Virus record (IMG/VR): IMGVR_UViG_3300036945_000312
Coordinates: 1 to 61,892 of that record
Strand: one strand, 5' to 3'
Length of the DNA stretch: 61,892 bases
Source of the DNA: a virus
Taxonomy: Duplodnaviria; Caudoviricetes
The position numbers and the translations under genes were made by a program. Position 1 is the first letter of the stretch; each line of letters opens with the position of its first letter. Shown here piece after piece: positions 1 through 10,638 of this stretch. The notes under the pieces are model-generated. The model made no database searches. It worked only from the letters and a program-made list of their open reading frames with translations, and was not told where the DNA came from.

Positions 1-204
1 GGGTGTCGGCGTTGGCGTAGGCGTGGGCGTTGGCGTTGGCGTTGGCGTTGGCGTTGGCGTTGGCGTTGGCGTAGGTGTCGGCGTGGGCGTTGGCGTGGGC
101 GTTGGCGTGGGCGTTGGCGTTGGCGTTGGCGTTGGCGTTGGCGTTGGCGTTGGCGTTGGCGTTGGCGTTGGCGTTGGCGTTGGCGTTGGCGTAGGTGTCG
201 GCGT
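1..204 (-). repeat. Hexanucleotide tandem repeat encoding (Thr-Pro)34
   Basis: GGCGTT-type units; every variant is synonymous in the - strand Thr-Pro frame (ACG/ACA, CCA/CCC/CCG/CCT). Confidence 0.95.
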
Positions 205-3200
205 TAGAGCATCTAGGTCTTTCTGGGTTACTGGATTACCATCTTCATCAATACCAATTACTGTGTCTGGTTTAGAAGTAGCGGGTACTACCGCTTTGTC
301 TGGAACTACGCCTGTTAACGCATCTAGTTCTTTTTGGGTTACTGGATTACCGTCAGCATCCGTACCCACTACAGTGTCTGGTGCAAGAACAGCAGGTACT
401 GCTGTTTTATCAACGGCTGGGGTTACACCTAGTAAGGTATTTAATTCTTGTTGTGTTACCGGATTACCATCAGCGTCTTTAAAAACAGGAACGGTACCCG
501 GTTCTGGCTGATCTACGAGATTGGATTCATTAGCAGCTTCAGATGTATCTGGAGTAGCCACAATTTCTGCTTCAGGAGCAGGAGTTAAATCTAACGCGGC
601 TTCTGTTTTTGCCTCAGTTTGAACTTGTGGTTTTAAGGCGGAAGTACCTGCAGTGGGGTAACTAACTACTTCATTAGGGGTATTTATTTGATCGGTAAGG
701 AATGTTGTATCATTAACCGCATCAGTTGCTGTACGGGTACCCACAGTCCCATTAGTGGAAGGTAACGTAGCGGGCGCAGTAGTTCCTACTATAGGCTGTT
801 CTGTTAAAGCTGACGCATCGTTAGCAGCGGTATCAATAAGCCCGGCATTTATAAGTTGAGTAATGTCAGGATCATTTGCGGCAATACCAACGTTTTGAGT
901 ACCTACCGTTCCAGCATTGGAAGTATCTATAGCAGGAGTAGTTGCCCCTGAGGGAGTAGTTGCCCCTGAGGGAGTAGTTGCCCCTGAGGGAGTAGTTGCC
1001 CCTGAGGGAGTAGTTGCCCCTGAGGGAGTGGTAACTATTGATGCAGCCTCAGGAGTTCCGCTTGAATGCGAGGCGGCGGTTAATAGGCCAGACCCCATAG
1101 CAGCTTGCACTGCTGACGCCCCTGCACCTGTTTCTAAGGGCTTATCGGTTGCGTAATTTACGGCAGTATTACTAGCTAGCTCATCTAAAGTCTCCCTAAT
1201 AACCTCTGAAGTAACAGCGGCAGGTAGGCTACCCGCTGGGAGGGTTAGTTGAGTAATCTGTGCCCGCTTCCACGAATCGGGCATTGGTAATAAGTTAATA
1301 GCAGCAGAAGCTACTGCTGCTGGAACACCTGCGACCCGTCCTGCGCGTATTGCTTTTTCATAGGCTTGCTCTGGGGGGTACCCATCTTCCATTGCACTTT
1401 TAGCTACTTCTTCATATGCTTGTTGTCCTGCAACACCACCAGTAGCTACAGAATTGAAAAGATTACCCGCCAAATAAGCGGTAGGTAGTGAAAACTCAGC
1501 AGCAAGTAGCGGTGCGGATACCGCTATAGAGGGTAGCGAGCTTCCTGCAGCCCGAAATACCGCCCCCATTAAATGAGCAGGATTCTCGTAATATTGCTTG
1601 AATTGTTCATATGCGGCAGACCCCTGCCCTTGTTTTTCGGCTTCTTTTATAGCCGCCTGCATCGTATTTTCTACTTGTTTATACCCTTCAGAGGTAAGCG
1701 TATCAAAGTTTTTAAGCACACTACCTAAGTACTGCGATACCATATCATCGGGTTTTCCTATAGCCAACCCATAGGCATCTTGGATACCTTTAGTAATTGC
1801 AACTGCCCCAGCCCCTGTCTGGAGAGCTACGTCTTTCATTGTGGTAAGCGTACGTAGAAAGTCATCTGCAGTTCCAAAGGATATGGTTCCCGCAGGGGTG
1901 TTATAGGCAGTAGTAAGAGTGCCTTTACCGGCCATGATATCGGCAAGGGACCCGCTTCCAGCCGTACTTGCTGGAGTAGTACTTGGGTACGTAGTCCCTT
2001 GGGTTGTCGTTATGGGTAGTCCTGCCTGCGTACCTGCACGACTGGGATCATAGGCCCCTAGTACCTGTTGAGGTACTTCGTTCGCGTAGTCGGTAGTGTA
2101 TGTTTGCTTTATCCCTGTAGCGGGGTTAGTCCACGGAAATGTTTTGCCGGGGCCAAGGTCTCTACGTGCGGCGGCAAAGGCTTCATCACGGGTAGCGTAA
2201 AAGTCATAGGGGTTTGTAGCGGGCGCGGTGGTTGTGGATGCTGCAGGGGCTAGAGTTCCTAAATCCGTACCAGTAGCGGAGCCGGGGATAATAGCGCCGC
2301 CAACCGTAACATCTGGGGTAGTCTCCGTTAAGCCTGCGTTTTGCAATCCTGTAATGGTATCGGTAGCGGTTCCTCCTACCGCAGTATCTTCGCCCATTGC
2401 AGCCCGTACGTCCGCATCAGTTGGGCCCCCCTCGTAGGTTCCAGTTCCGGCTCCGGCAACCGCTTTCTCCATATCGGTACGCATATCCGCACCACTAATG
2501 GCTGCTTTACCCGCTGCAAGGGCCTCATTTAATATTGCAGGGCCTAAGGGTTTACCCCGCAGAGTTGCGTATGCTGCCGCACTAGCAACACGTTGCGCCG
2601 CTTCTGGGAGGTCTGCAAAACCGGGAATTTCATTTAGAACTGTAGGTAGTGCTGAATGTATAGTACCGCCAACAAACCCTGCAAACGGGTCTGTACCTTT
2701 AAGCAATGCCCCCACCGCTCCTTTTGCTCCGCTAGTTAGCGCAGATGTTACTCCCTCGGGTAAACCCGTAGCGCCTAGGCTTGTTGGTAGTCCTGCGGCA
2801 CCCGCAACATCTTTTACAGACCCTACCGCTTCAGAAATAGCTTTTTCTATGGCTGGGGTAGCAAAGTTTAGGCCCGCAGTCATGCCCATAGATAGAAGGG
2901 TTGACTTTACGTCGCCTCCGTTAGCAAGAGTTTGCGCTATGCCTTGAGTCAAATACCCTGCGGCGCTTGCCGGTATCCCTGCGGATACTAAGCCTGCCGT
3001 TAAATCGGCTCCAAGAGGCCCGCCTAGCATCATCCCGCCGACTTGCATCAAAAAGTTACGGTCCCCGGCAAGTGGGTTAACCCATGTCCAATCCTGAATG
3101 CTTCGGGGGACGAGCTTATCACCCTGCCTAACGTACTCTATTGTTTTTTGGGCGTTGGAGTCTGGGGTACCCATAAGGGCGGACATGTCCCCACTAATAG

Positions 3201-3699
3201 TCCAGTAGTCCTCTGGGTTTACTACCTCTGGCGTTGTAGTCCATTCCCCACTTTCACCCCCAGAGTAGGAAGTAGTTTCAGGAGTAGTTCCGGCAGGGTG
3301 AAAGGTAATACCTCCAGACGCTCCGCTAGGATTCCAAATCTGGCCCCCACCTAACGTGAGCCCTCCAAAATCGGGGCGGCTTTCTAAGTTCCAGTTATAG
3401 GCCCCAGTGCTAGTATCTATACCCGCCTGCCCCAGCTTACTCATAAGCTCGTTGTAGTCAAGCTCAAACCCCGTACGTGGGGTAGCGGTAGAAGCCGCAG
3501 TTACAGGAGCCGCAGTTACAGGAGCCGCAGTTACAGGAGCCGCAGTTACAGGAGCCGTAGCAACGGCAGGGGCCATAATGGCCCCTAGGGTTTGGTCTCC
3601 TTGGGGAGTCTCGTTAAGGCCTGCATTTTGCAATTGCCCAAACAAGGGGTCAACGGTATAGTCACTGTCGTCTGCAGCGGGGTCAATAAACGATGCCAT
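1..3699 (-). CDS. Large Pro/Thr/Ala/Gly-rich virion (probable ejection/internal) protein, N-terminal 1233 aa; runs off the window edge
   Basis: Missing from the ORF track because it has no stop in the window. ATG at 3699 (MASFIDPAADDSDYTVDPLFGQLQNAG...), 11 nt after the upstream stop. I translated it open to about 2040, and the same frame reads DxDGNPVT repeats and (TP)34 at the window start. Contains FAAARRDLGPGKTFPW...YTTD, a motif seen in phage internal proteins. Confidence 0.8.
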   Translation of the reverse strand, partial: MASFIDPAADDSDYTVDPLFGQLQNAGLNETPQGDQTLGAIMAPAVATAPVTAAPVTAAPVTAAPVTAASTATPRTGFELDYNELMSKLGQAGIDTSTGAYNWNLESRPDFGGLTLGGGQIWNPSGASGGITFHPAGTTPETTSYSGGESGEWTTTPEVVNPEDYWTISGDMSALMGTPDSNAQKTIEYVRQGDKLVPRSIQDWTWVNPLAGDRNFLMQVGGMMLGGPLGADLTAGLVSAGIPASAAGYLTQGIAQTLANGGDVKSTLLSMGMTAGLNFATPAIEKAISEAVGSVKDVAGAAGLPTSLGATGLPEGVTSALTSGAKGAVGALLKGTDPFAGFVGGTIHSALPTVLNEIPGFADLPEAAQRVASAAAYATLRGKPLGPAILNEALAAGKAAISGADMRTDMEKAVAGAGTGTYEGGPTDADVRAAMGEDTAVGGTATDTITGLQNAGLTETTPDVTVGGAIIPGSATGTDLGTLAPAASTTTAPATNPYDFYATRDEAFAAARRDLGPGKTFPWTNPATGIKQTYTTDYANEVPQQVLGAYDPSRAGTQAGLPITTTQGTTYPSTTPASTAGSGSLADIMAGKGTLTTAYNTPAGTISFGTADDFLRTLTTMKDVALQTGAGAVAITKGIQDAYGLAIGKPDDMVSQYLGSVLKNFDTLTSEGYKQVENTMQAAIKEAEKQGQGSAAYEQFKQYYENPAHLMGAVFRAAGSSLPSIAVSAPLLAAEFSLPTAYLAGNLFNSVATGGVAGQQAYEEVAKSAMEDGYPPEQAYEKAIRAGRVAGVPAAVASAAINLLPMPDSWKRAQITQLTLPAGSLPAAVTSEVIRETLDELASNTAVNYATDKPLETGAGASAVQAAMGSGLLTAASHSSGTPEAASIVTTPSGATTPSGATTPSGATTPSGATTPSGATTPAIDTSNAGTVGTQNVGIAANDPDITQLINAGLIDTAANDASALTEQPIVGTTAPATLPSTNGTVGTRTATDAVNDTTFLTDQINTPNEVVSYPTAGTSALKPQVQTEAKTEAALDLTPAPEAEIVATPDTSEAANESNLVDQPEPGTVPVFKDADGNPVTQQELNTLLGVTPAVDKTAVPAVLAPDTVVGTDADGNPVTQKELDALTGVVPDKAVVPATSKPDTVIGIDEDGNPVTQKDLDALTPTPTPTPTPTPTPTPTPTPTPTPTPTPTPTPTPTPTPTPTPTPTPTPTPTPTPTPTPTPTPTPTPTP
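208..489 (-). repeat. Three ~38-aa imperfect protein repeats with core D-[AE]-D-G-N-P-V-T-Q-x-[ED]-L
   Basis: KDADGNPVTQQELNTL, GTDADGNPVTQKELDAL, GIDEDGNPVTQKDLDAL in the 3699 frame. Confidence 0.85.
935..1029 (-). repeat. 18-bp tandem repeat x5 encoding (TTPSGA)n
   Basis: GGAGTAGTTGCCCCTGAG five perfect copies plus a partial. Confidence 0.95.
3493..3557 (-). repeat. 15-bp tandem repeat x4 encoding (PVTAA)n
   Basis: AGCCGCAGTTACAGG four perfect copies. Confidence 0.95.
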
Positions 3700-3710
3700 G
3701 CTAAGACCTT

Positions 3711-4568
3711 TTATATTGTTGCAGAGACGTATGACAACGTAACTACTGCGGAAGCTGTTGAGGGGCGCACTGGGGCTGTAGTCGCGGGATATGCAGGAAT
3801 CGTAACATCCACATTATCTACGGACCACCAGAGTTCTACGAATTCACCCGCTTCTAATTTTACAAAATAGTTCCACCCGGTAATACCGCCGCCATTGATA
3901 GCCCCGTGTTTGGGAGGAACTGTTACAGACCCACGAGACCCCGGGATATCAACACCGGGTCCGGGCCCATCTTGGCGAAGCCACAGGTCTAAGTCATAAG
4001 CTTGAGCAGATACATTTTTAGTCTGTACGCTAAACTGCAAGTTGTAGATGCCGCCATAGGTCACCACAAGCCTAGATGTTATAGAGCCAGTAATGGTAGT
4101 GCTGGCTACCGTAGCAGAAGTACTAACCGTATAGGTTCCTGTACCCCCAGTGCCGCCTAAGAAGGCAATGATTTTGGTACCCGGAACTACGCCTGTACCA
4201 GTTAGAGTCATGCCAAGATAGATAAGATCAACCGATACCGCTGTGACCGTAAGGGTTGTTAGTGTTTGCGAAGCGGTCATTATGGCTACATGGGACCCTA
4301 ATGCCACTTCGTTTGCGTAGTCTAGCGTATCAAAAGTCAACACTTGAGCGGTATTAGCGGGAGCCGTTTGCGTAACAGTAGACTGAAACGCCCCATAAGG
4401 ATGCTGTAAAAACCGGCCCCCAGTACCCCCAAGTACCTCTGATAACGCAGCGTCTAACTGATTAAAGTAGATACGCAGGATGTTGTTCTGCGACCTGAAC
4501 GGGTCCTGATCGTAGAGCGCCGGGGGAAGCTGAAGTGCCGGGGCTTTGGGTTTAAGCAGTAATGGCAT
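3711..4568 (-). CDS. Conserved virion/tail protein
   Basis: 285 aa; N-terminal LRIYFNQLD motif and C-terminal [10 protein letters not shown] beta domain; follows the gp10-like gene. Confidence 0.65.
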   Translation of the reverse strand: MPLLLKPKAPALQLPPALYDQDPFRSQNNILRIYFNQLDAALSEVLGGTGGRFLQHPYGAFQSTVTQTAPANTAQVLTFDTLDYANEVALGSHVAIMTASQTLTTLTVTAVSVDLIYLGMTLTGTGVVPGTKIIAFLGGTGGTGTYTVSTSATVASTTITGSITSRLVVTYGGIYNLQFSVQTKNVSAQAYDLDLWLRQDGPGPGVDIPGSRGSVTVPPKHGAINGGGITGWNYFVKLEAGEFVELWWSVDNVDVTIPAYPATTAPVRPSTASAVVTLSYVSATI

Positions 4569-4570
4569 GG

Positions 4571-6709
4571 CTATCTCCGACCATCAGGCCGCGCATCGAA
4601 ACGAACAGACCCTAGCTGCCATGCGGTACCAATTTTGTTAGAAGACGCTTTTAGAATCATCTGCCGCCCACGAAGCCGGGTGTAAATCTGCCCGGTAAAT
4701 CCTTCAGTCACAGTGTACTCCGCACCTGTCAACTGACTAACAGACTGCGATACCAGCGGGCCCGTACCGGAACCCGAGTTCTTCATAGCGTACAAACCCA
4801 ACGTTACTTCGGCAGTCGTGCCTTCAGTAGACCCAGCAAACGACAAGTCCGGCAGCATACGGTAGACGAACATGAAGTGATCGCCATCGTCAATATCAAA
4901 CTCGGAAGAGGAGATATACGCATTGATTGGCATCGTAACCGCAGTCTCGTTATCGTCTACACCAAATTCATGGTTGACAATATTTTGGCTGTACGTGGCT
5001 GCAATAGGGTAGTTAATAAGCCCTGAATCCAGCCATGCAGTGCGGCCTATCGTACCGTAGTACCAGACCTTTTCTATGTAGTTGTAGATAACGTAGTTGC
5101 TAATAGCGGTGCTATCTTTGGCGCAGTAGAACCACCAGACTTCATTAAAGCCCTCATTGGTACCCGCAAAGACTTGGTAGTTCTGGGCCAGATTAATGTC
5201 TTGGTACACAAACTTCCGCAGATCACAGTCAAGCGTCCGCACAGTACCATCGTACATGTAGAACTTGTCAATACCCATCCAGTACACAACACCTGATGCC
5301 AACGCTGTGGCATTAGGCCCCATGAGGGAAATATTGTCCCCCACCAACTGTGTTTGCCACACTACAGGGGGCCCTACATACTGAAACGCATAGAGCGAGG
5401 AGTCCGTCCATACAAGGATTTCCTGCCGCGCCTGCAAGCAAGATACGATCCGGGACCCGTGAGATAGGCGAATACTTCCCGCCTGATTAGTGGCTGACGG
5501 AGCCCATTCAGTTACGGATTCTTGGTCCGACCATCGGACTACCATCGGGTCTTGCACCGTAGCGCCGTATTCATTAGCGCCCAAAGCAAAGACGAATCGA
5601 CTGGTATCCGAGATAAAAATAGCGTTCTGAACGACTGGAACACTGGAAGCCCCACCCAGTGCAGTAACTGCAATGCCCCTATTAGAGAGGATATGATCCC
5701 CTGATTGAGTCCCTGAGGTAGTTATAGCCGCGCCCCCGTATGTAGCCGACAGGTTACATGTAGTCACTCCCCCGACAGTTGCGGTGTTTATGACGTAGTA
5801 CACGACATAGGTTAGCAGGCCAGTAGGCAGGGCCCCTGTGGTCTCCAATGTGACCGCAGTACCGTTAAGCAGCAGGGGGCCCGTGGCAAAAGTTAGTACC
5901 GCAGACGCCCCGATAGTCACCGTAAAGGTAGCAGTACCCAGCCCTGCGCTTGCGTTCCAATAGTAAATCCCGCCATTAGAAGGCCCGAATACCAGACTCT
6001 CACCGAAGTTATTCTGTGTCCAGAGTTGCAGGGGAGTTCCAACAACGGCTCCTGTACCCCAACCCCCAGACCCCCAGCCGCCGCCACCCCAGCCCGTAAA
6101 CGGACTTTGAATCTCTAGGCCAGTATTAACTTGATAGGCCGCAACGACTGCTGCGCCACCACCCGGAGACCCCAACGCATCAGTTCCATTAGCCGTAGCT
6201 ACGGCTGTAAACGTATACAGATTGGCAGTGACTACATTGACTTGATGCTCACTATTAAGCACAGATGCAGTAATATTTCCGCCAAGCCCCACGGCTCCGC
6301 TAAAGGTCACAAAATCGTTAGAGTTGCAGCCATGCGCCGCATCGTAGACCGTGATAGTAGTTGATCCGGTTGTTGCTGTGAACGGGTTACCCGTACCAGT
6401 AAGCCCTAGCATAGGCCGCACAACTTTGCGAATAGGCGTCACATCATAGTAGACACCCCCCTTGTTAATGTAGAACTTTAAGTGCGTACCCACCCCTATA
6501 AGGGTTAACCCTGTTAAGGTAACCCATGCCCATAGAGAACGGCAAACGCCTAGGAACGTATCGACTGAATACCTAGCCCATCCCCCAAGCTTCTCAGGAG
6601 TGCCTTTACGGAACCGAACCTTATCGCTTTCGTACCACTTACCTTCGGAGGTGTATCGGGTATTTTCGCGGGTAACCCCACTCTGGATACCAATTTTCTT
6701 TATGGGCAT
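4571..6709 (-). CDS. Tail nozzle / packaged-DNA stabilisation protein (P22 gp10-like)
   Basis: 712 aa; [15 protein letters not shown] start, RWSDQE, beta-propeller-like repeats, C-terminal RLRGRQ...[15 protein letters not shown]. Confidence 0.75.
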   Translation of the reverse strand: MPIKKIGIQSGVTRENTRYTSEGKWYESDKVRFRKGTPEKLGGWARYSVDTFLGVCRSLWAWVTLTGLTLIGVGTHLKFYINKGGVYYDVTPIRKVVRPMLGLTGTGNPFTATTGSTTITVYDAAHGCNSNDFVTFSGAVGLGGNITASVLNSEHQVNVVTANLYTFTAVATANGTDALGSPGGGAAVVAAYQVNTGLEIQSPFTGWGGGGWGSGGWGTGAVVGTPLQLWTQNNFGESLVFGPSNGGIYYWNASAGLGTATFTVTIGASAVLTFATGPLLLNGTAVTLETTGALPTGLLTYVVYYVINTATVGGVTTCNLSATYGGAAITTSGTQSGDHILSNRGIAVTALGGASSVPVVQNAIFISDTSRFVFALGANEYGATVQDPMVVRWSDQESVTEWAPSATNQAGSIRLSHGSRIVSCLQARQEILVWTDSSLYAFQYVGPPVVWQTQLVGDNISLMGPNATALASGVVYWMGIDKFYMYDGTVRTLDCDLRKFVYQDINLAQNYQVFAGTNEGFNEVWWFYCAKDSTAISNYVIYNYIEKVWYYGTIGRTAWLDSGLINYPIAATYSQNIVNHEFGVDDNETAVTMPINAYISSSEFDIDDGDHFMFVYRMLPDLSFAGSTEGTTAEVTLGLYAMKNSGSGTGPLVSQSVSQLTGAEYTVTEGFTGQIYTRLRGRQMILKASSNKIGTAWQLGSVRFDARPDGRR

Positions 6710-7161
6710 ATAGACCTTAATAGTGCGGCTTCAGCAGTGCGGCGTTTGACCAATCCGGGGAGTATGCGACCCCCGCCACGTACCCATTTAGCCAATTCTA
6801 ACTGGGCAGCGTCCCAGTCTTCAGCATTGATTTTCTTACGAAGTGTGCTGCTATGCAAGTTACCAGAGCCTAGATTGAACGTGAAATCCAGTAAAGCCGC
6901 TAGTTTTCGGGGTTCTTGTAGCGCAGGGCAGGATCGTTTTACTGCAGGGATACAGACTTTATTCAACTCCCAGCGAAGTAGTTCTTCGGCTCTAGCGGGA
7001 GTAATAGCCGGATCGGCTAGAGTTACTTTGCGTCCATCCTCGTAGCGGGTCGCTCCGTAACCAATTGTGGGCACAAGGGCAGGGCATAGATACGGCTTCA
7101 GATACAGCCCTTCAAACTGGCGGCATAGGGATGCCGCTATGCCAACGGCTTCCGCGCTCAT
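6700..7161 (-). CDS. Endolysin, GH24 phage lysozyme
   Basis: FEGLYLKPYLCPALVPTIGYG (E-x8-C-x5-T triad), FTFNLG, C-terminal GLVKRRTAEAAL. Confidence 0.92.
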   Translation of the reverse strand: MSAEAVGIAASLCRQFEGLYLKPYLCPALVPTIGYGATRYEDGRKVTLADPAITPARAEELLRWELNKVCIPAVKRSCPALQEPRKLAALLDFTFNLGSGNLHSSTLRKKINAEDWDAAQLELAKWVRGGGRILPGLVKRRTAEAALLRSICP

Positions 7162-7625
7162 TTACCGCGCTTGAATAGCGACCGATCTGCTAGATAGATG
7201 CCCAAGGCGGCTCCGCATAAACTCCAGCCGTTATCGTCCAACACCCAGCCTGTATTTGCGAAATGTAGCGTAACCATGATGACCGACCACGTAGCTACAA
7301 ACGGGCGAATGACTCCGTTCCATGCGTCAATGAACCAGATACCAATAACTTGGGTAGTCCCTTTAACAGCAGTTAGCCATCCATCCGCTTCAATTTGACC
7401 CACTACCGCCTCAGATTGCACCTGAATAAGCTTAATACCCAGATCAGCCTGTAATCGCAAGGCATCCTGATTACGCAAGAACTGCGACTGTTCTAGGTCC
7501 CCCTGCAACCGCATCCTATCCATCTCATGCGCGTGATCCTGCTTTTTGTTCATCCAAGAGCTTATCTCGCCAAACAACATGCGAAAGACCGACCCGCCAA
7601 GAAAAGATAAGAGCGCGGAGAACAT
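7158..7625 (-). CDS. Holin-like membrane protein
   Basis: Hydrophobic N-terminus, coiled middle, IRPFVATW plus two C-terminal hydrophobic segments; overlaps the endolysin start. Confidence 0.65.
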   Translation of the reverse strand: MFSALLSFLGGSVFRMLFGEISSWMNKKQDHAHEMDRMRLQGDLEQSQFLRNQDALRLQADLGIKLIQVQSEAVVGQIEADGWLTAVKGTTQVIGIWFIDAWNGVIRPFVATWSVIMVTLHFANTGWVLDDNGWSLCGAALGIYLADRSLFKRGK

Positions 7626-8059
7626 TAAGGAATAACCCAGATAGCAGCTTGAGCGGCACCCGCCAGCATTAGGGCTTCCGTCAGTTCAGCTTTAGTGGCG
7701 ACAAGCACACTATTGTCCGCGAGTACCCAGTTTACCGTGGTGCCCACAGGGGCCGCATCCAACGCAACAACAGCACGGACCAAGCGGCTTTGGCTCGTCT
7801 CATCCCCATTAAACGTATTGCCTGCACCTGTAGTCACTTGAATAGCAGCTACGGCATCGGCCCGCTGGGCTTTGAGTTCATCCCGAGTAGGCGGTATTAC
7901 GGGCGCAGGAGGCCACACAATCGTGTCAGCATCCACAATCTCGCCTTGCCCGACTACGCTGAAAGGCAAGTCGGTATCGTCGCAGTGGTAGCGGTCTGCC
8001 TCAGTTGTGATTGAGGTGTAAGGGCCGAAGTTACCGGAGGGGGTTGTTAGTGCTTTCAT
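7625..8059 (-). CDS. Tail-fibre assembly/chaperone protein (DUF4376-like)
   Basis: Start moved to ATG 8059 (ATGA overlap with fibre stop); FNGDETSQSRL...WVLADN motif. Confidence 0.7.
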   Translation of the reverse strand: MKALTTPSGNFGPYTSITTEADRYHCDDTDLPFSVVGQGEIVDADTIVWPPAPVIPPTRDELKAQRADAVAAIQVTTGAGNTFNGDETSQSRLVRAVVALDAAPVGTTVNWVLADNSVLVATKAELTEALMLAGAAQAAIWVIP

Positions 8060-10629
8060 TGGACGCACTCCAGTTTGGTTATAACTTTTGATCCATCGGC
8101 AAACCACCGTTCCGAGTCCGCTTTACCTCGGTAGAACATAGTGCTAGTGGCCCAAGTCGTTGACTCCTCGACTGAAGGCCCCAAACTTATATAAAAAGCA
8201 GGGGGCTTTAAGCGAACGCGTTGCGCTACAGCGGCGGAGGCAACTGCAAGACAATATAAATTCTGCCAAAAAGAGGTTGAGTAAACGCACAACGGGGATT
8301 TGCGTAATACTGAATTTGAGGGGCTAGAAATTAAGGGCACAGGTAGATTATTTGCTCCCGTAGCTAAGGAAAGAGTAGATAGTAGCGTTACTGCAGTACC
8401 AGAGGTCTCTACTTCTGCAATGCTAATTTGTGCGGTAGTATTTGCAGTGAATCCTATAAATACTCGACTTCCCGTTTGATAAAGAATCGCCATAAAAGGA
8501 TTCGAAAAGGCAGCAATACTAAGGGCAGTACCCGCACTTGCAGTTCCAGCGGTATCAATTAAAAGATTGACATTATTACTTGCCTGATTATTAACAATTA
8601 AAACTTTTGAGGTACTTACAACAATAGCATCAAACAAAGTACCCGGGGTTAATAGCGCTACAGTGCTAATTGTAGTAGTGCCATTTCCGGTTATATTTAG
8701 GGACACTATCCCACCCATGCAGGTAGTTCCCCCATCGTTATACCCAACATACCAGCGGGTCCCAAGGGCTGCAAGTTTATCAAGCGTCATTGTGCCACTG
8801 GTGGTCGTGGTCCCTGTTCCCGCCGTGAGCGTTGATCCACTGACAAGATAGGGTTTTGTATAAATGCTGGTTGTTGCAGTAGAAACCGCAATTGCATGAC
8901 TTGTAGACGCAGCAATCAATCCTGTAGCCGTACCATCGAGCACCGTTGCAGCCCCAATCGTTACCGTAGTTCCGCTGATACTCAGCGCCCGAATCTGCGC
9001 GGCTGGTGTAGCTACTGTGTAGCTGGTGACAAAACTAGACCCGACTGCAATCAGGCCGCAACCATCGGCAAAGGCACTAAAATTGGCGGAAAGTGTGGCC
9101 GTGGCTGCGATATTAACGGTAATTGTTGTTCCACTGATGGAAAGAACTACCGCTTCAAAAGCGGTAGTTGAGCTACAAGAGGTAAATAAAATTTGACCTA
9201 CCGCACTCAATACTGCTGTTTGTCGAGTACCAAGAGACACTGCTCGTATTAATACTGGGGTCCCAAACGTATTTGTAGAGCGGTCATATACTATTGCATA
9301 TGGGCTACTGTTACCGATAAGAACTTCCCGGTTTGATCCAATATCTATACAAGAGTAAACAGTTGGTATAAAGGTGGTACGCAATTGCGCCGAAGCCCCC
9401 ACCAACTCAATATTGGTCGCATCCCAAACCCCCGCAGCGGTTGACTTATCCACCAGTGATACATCGCTCGTCACACCCGCAAAGACGAAGCCAACCAGCG
9501 CACCCGTTGAATTGAGCAGCCTGACCGGATAAGCTCCGGCGTTGTAAATGCGATGCAGTGGCCCACCCAAAGGGCAGGTTGTGGCGGCAGGCAAGGTGAC
9601 TGCGATACCATAAGCTGTAGGGGTGATACTTAACAAAGTGGGGCTGTTGGTCAGCGTGGTCATGCCAGTGGCCGTGGTGACTGTGCTTATACCCACGCCT
9701 GCCCAAATAGGGGACCCGGTTCCTGCAGACTGTAAGAACTGCCCTGCGGTCCCTGCAGCCGTAAGGGCATACGCAGTTCCAGTACCATAGGCAATAGCCC
9801 CGGCTGTGGGGGTATCGGTAGAGTTAGTACCGCCACCCGAAATGCCTAGCGTTGCAAATTCCGGGGCCCCAGTACCGGTGGATACCAAAGGTTTACCCGA
9901 AACACCTGCAGCCGTAAAAGCTGTGGTACTTGGGGCAGACTGGTAAGGAATTACACCTGCGGTACCTCCTGCTAAGGAAACCGCGTTAACCGCTGCGGGA
10001 GCGACTACCCAAGTAAGATTAGTTCCATCCCAACCTAGCACGTAGCCCGGAATAGTAGGGGCTGTGATGAACGCGGTAGCCCCTGCTCCTGTTTGGTAGG
10101 GGATATTATTAGTAGCTCCAGCCGCTAAGTTAGTAGCTGTTGTTGCTGTGGTAGCGGTTGTTGCTGTAATAGCGGTTGTCGCAGTTACTGCCGAGGTAGC
10201 CACTCCATTGAGGTAAGTAATACCATCAATAACATCTGTGCCGTTGTTGTACACAAGCATCCGCTTGCCGTTAGGCACCACAACGCCTGTCAAGCCGGAG
10301 ACTTTAACAGTCAGGGCAAAGCCGCCTACGGTGTTGTTGAACACAATGTAGGGCTTCTGAACAGCGGGTACGTTAATGGTTCCTGCAGCCGATAGCGTAG
10401 CAGTTACATCCAGAACAAAGGCCCGGGCCGTTTGACTCTCATTGGTATCAGTCAGCGTCAGGGTAGCTACGTTAGCCGTGAAATCCCCGGTTACTAATGA
10501 AGCCTTGCCGACAATAGCTTGCTCAAGGGCGGTGCCTAGATTGGTGTTGGTTGTGCCGCCCCAGATACCTGTCTGATCGCCTGTCCCAATCAGTTCAAGT
10601 TTTAGGCTGGTGGAGTATAAACTTGACAT
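8056..10629 (-). CDS. Tail fibre / receptor-binding protein
   Basis: 857 aa; N-terminal anchor MSSLYSTSLKLELIGTG..WG.TTNTNL, Thr/Ala/Gly-rich shaft with IPYQ repeats, beta-rich C-terminal half. Confidence 0.85.
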   Translation of the reverse strand: MSSLYSTSLKLELIGTGDQTGIWGGTTNTNLGTALEQAIVGKASLVTGDFTANVATLTLTDTNESQTARAFVLDVTATLSAAGTINVPAVQKPYIVFNNTVGGFALTVKVSGLTGVVVPNGKRMLVYNNGTDVIDGITYLNGVATSAVTATTAITATTATTATTATNLAAGATNNIPYQTGAGATAFITAPTIPGYVLGWDGTNLTWVVAPAAVNAVSLAGGTAGVIPYQSAPSTTAFTAAGVSGKPLVSTGTGAPEFATLGISGGGTNSTDTPTAGAIAYGTGTAYALTAAGTAGQFLQSAGTGSPIWAGVGISTVTTATGMTTLTNSPTLLSITPTAYGIAVTLPAATTCPLGGPLHRIYNAGAYPVRLLNSTGALVGFVFAGVTSDVSLVDKSTAAGVWDATNIELVGASAQLRTTFIPTVYSCIDIGSNREVLIGNSSPYAIVYDRSTNTFGTPVLIRAVSLGTRQTAVLSAVGQILFTSCSSTTAFEAVVLSISGTTITVNIAATATLSANFSAFADGCGLIAVGSSFVTSYTVATPAAQIRALSISGTTVTIGAATVLDGTATGLIAASTSHAIAVSTATTSIYTKPYLVSGSTLTAGTGTTTTSGTMTLDKLAALGTRWYVGYNDGGTTCMGGIVSLNITGNGTTTISTVALLTPGTLFDAIVVSTSKVLIVNNQASNNVNLLIDTAGTASAGTALSIAAFSNPFMAILYQTGSRVFIGFTANTTAQISIAEVETSGTAVTLLSTLSLATGANNLPVPLISSPSNSVLRKSPLCVYSTSFWQNLYCLAVASAAVAQRVRLKPPAFYISLGPSVEESTTWATSTMFYRGKADSERWFADGSKVITKLECVQ

Positions 10630-10638
10630 ATTACCCTT

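Noticed and set aside
23-511. + strand (Gly-Val)n ORF and other + strand ORFs across 1-28900 and 53000-61200
   Set aside because: Antisense shadows of the coupled - strand late genes; no RBS, and the - strand frames carry the recognisable motifs
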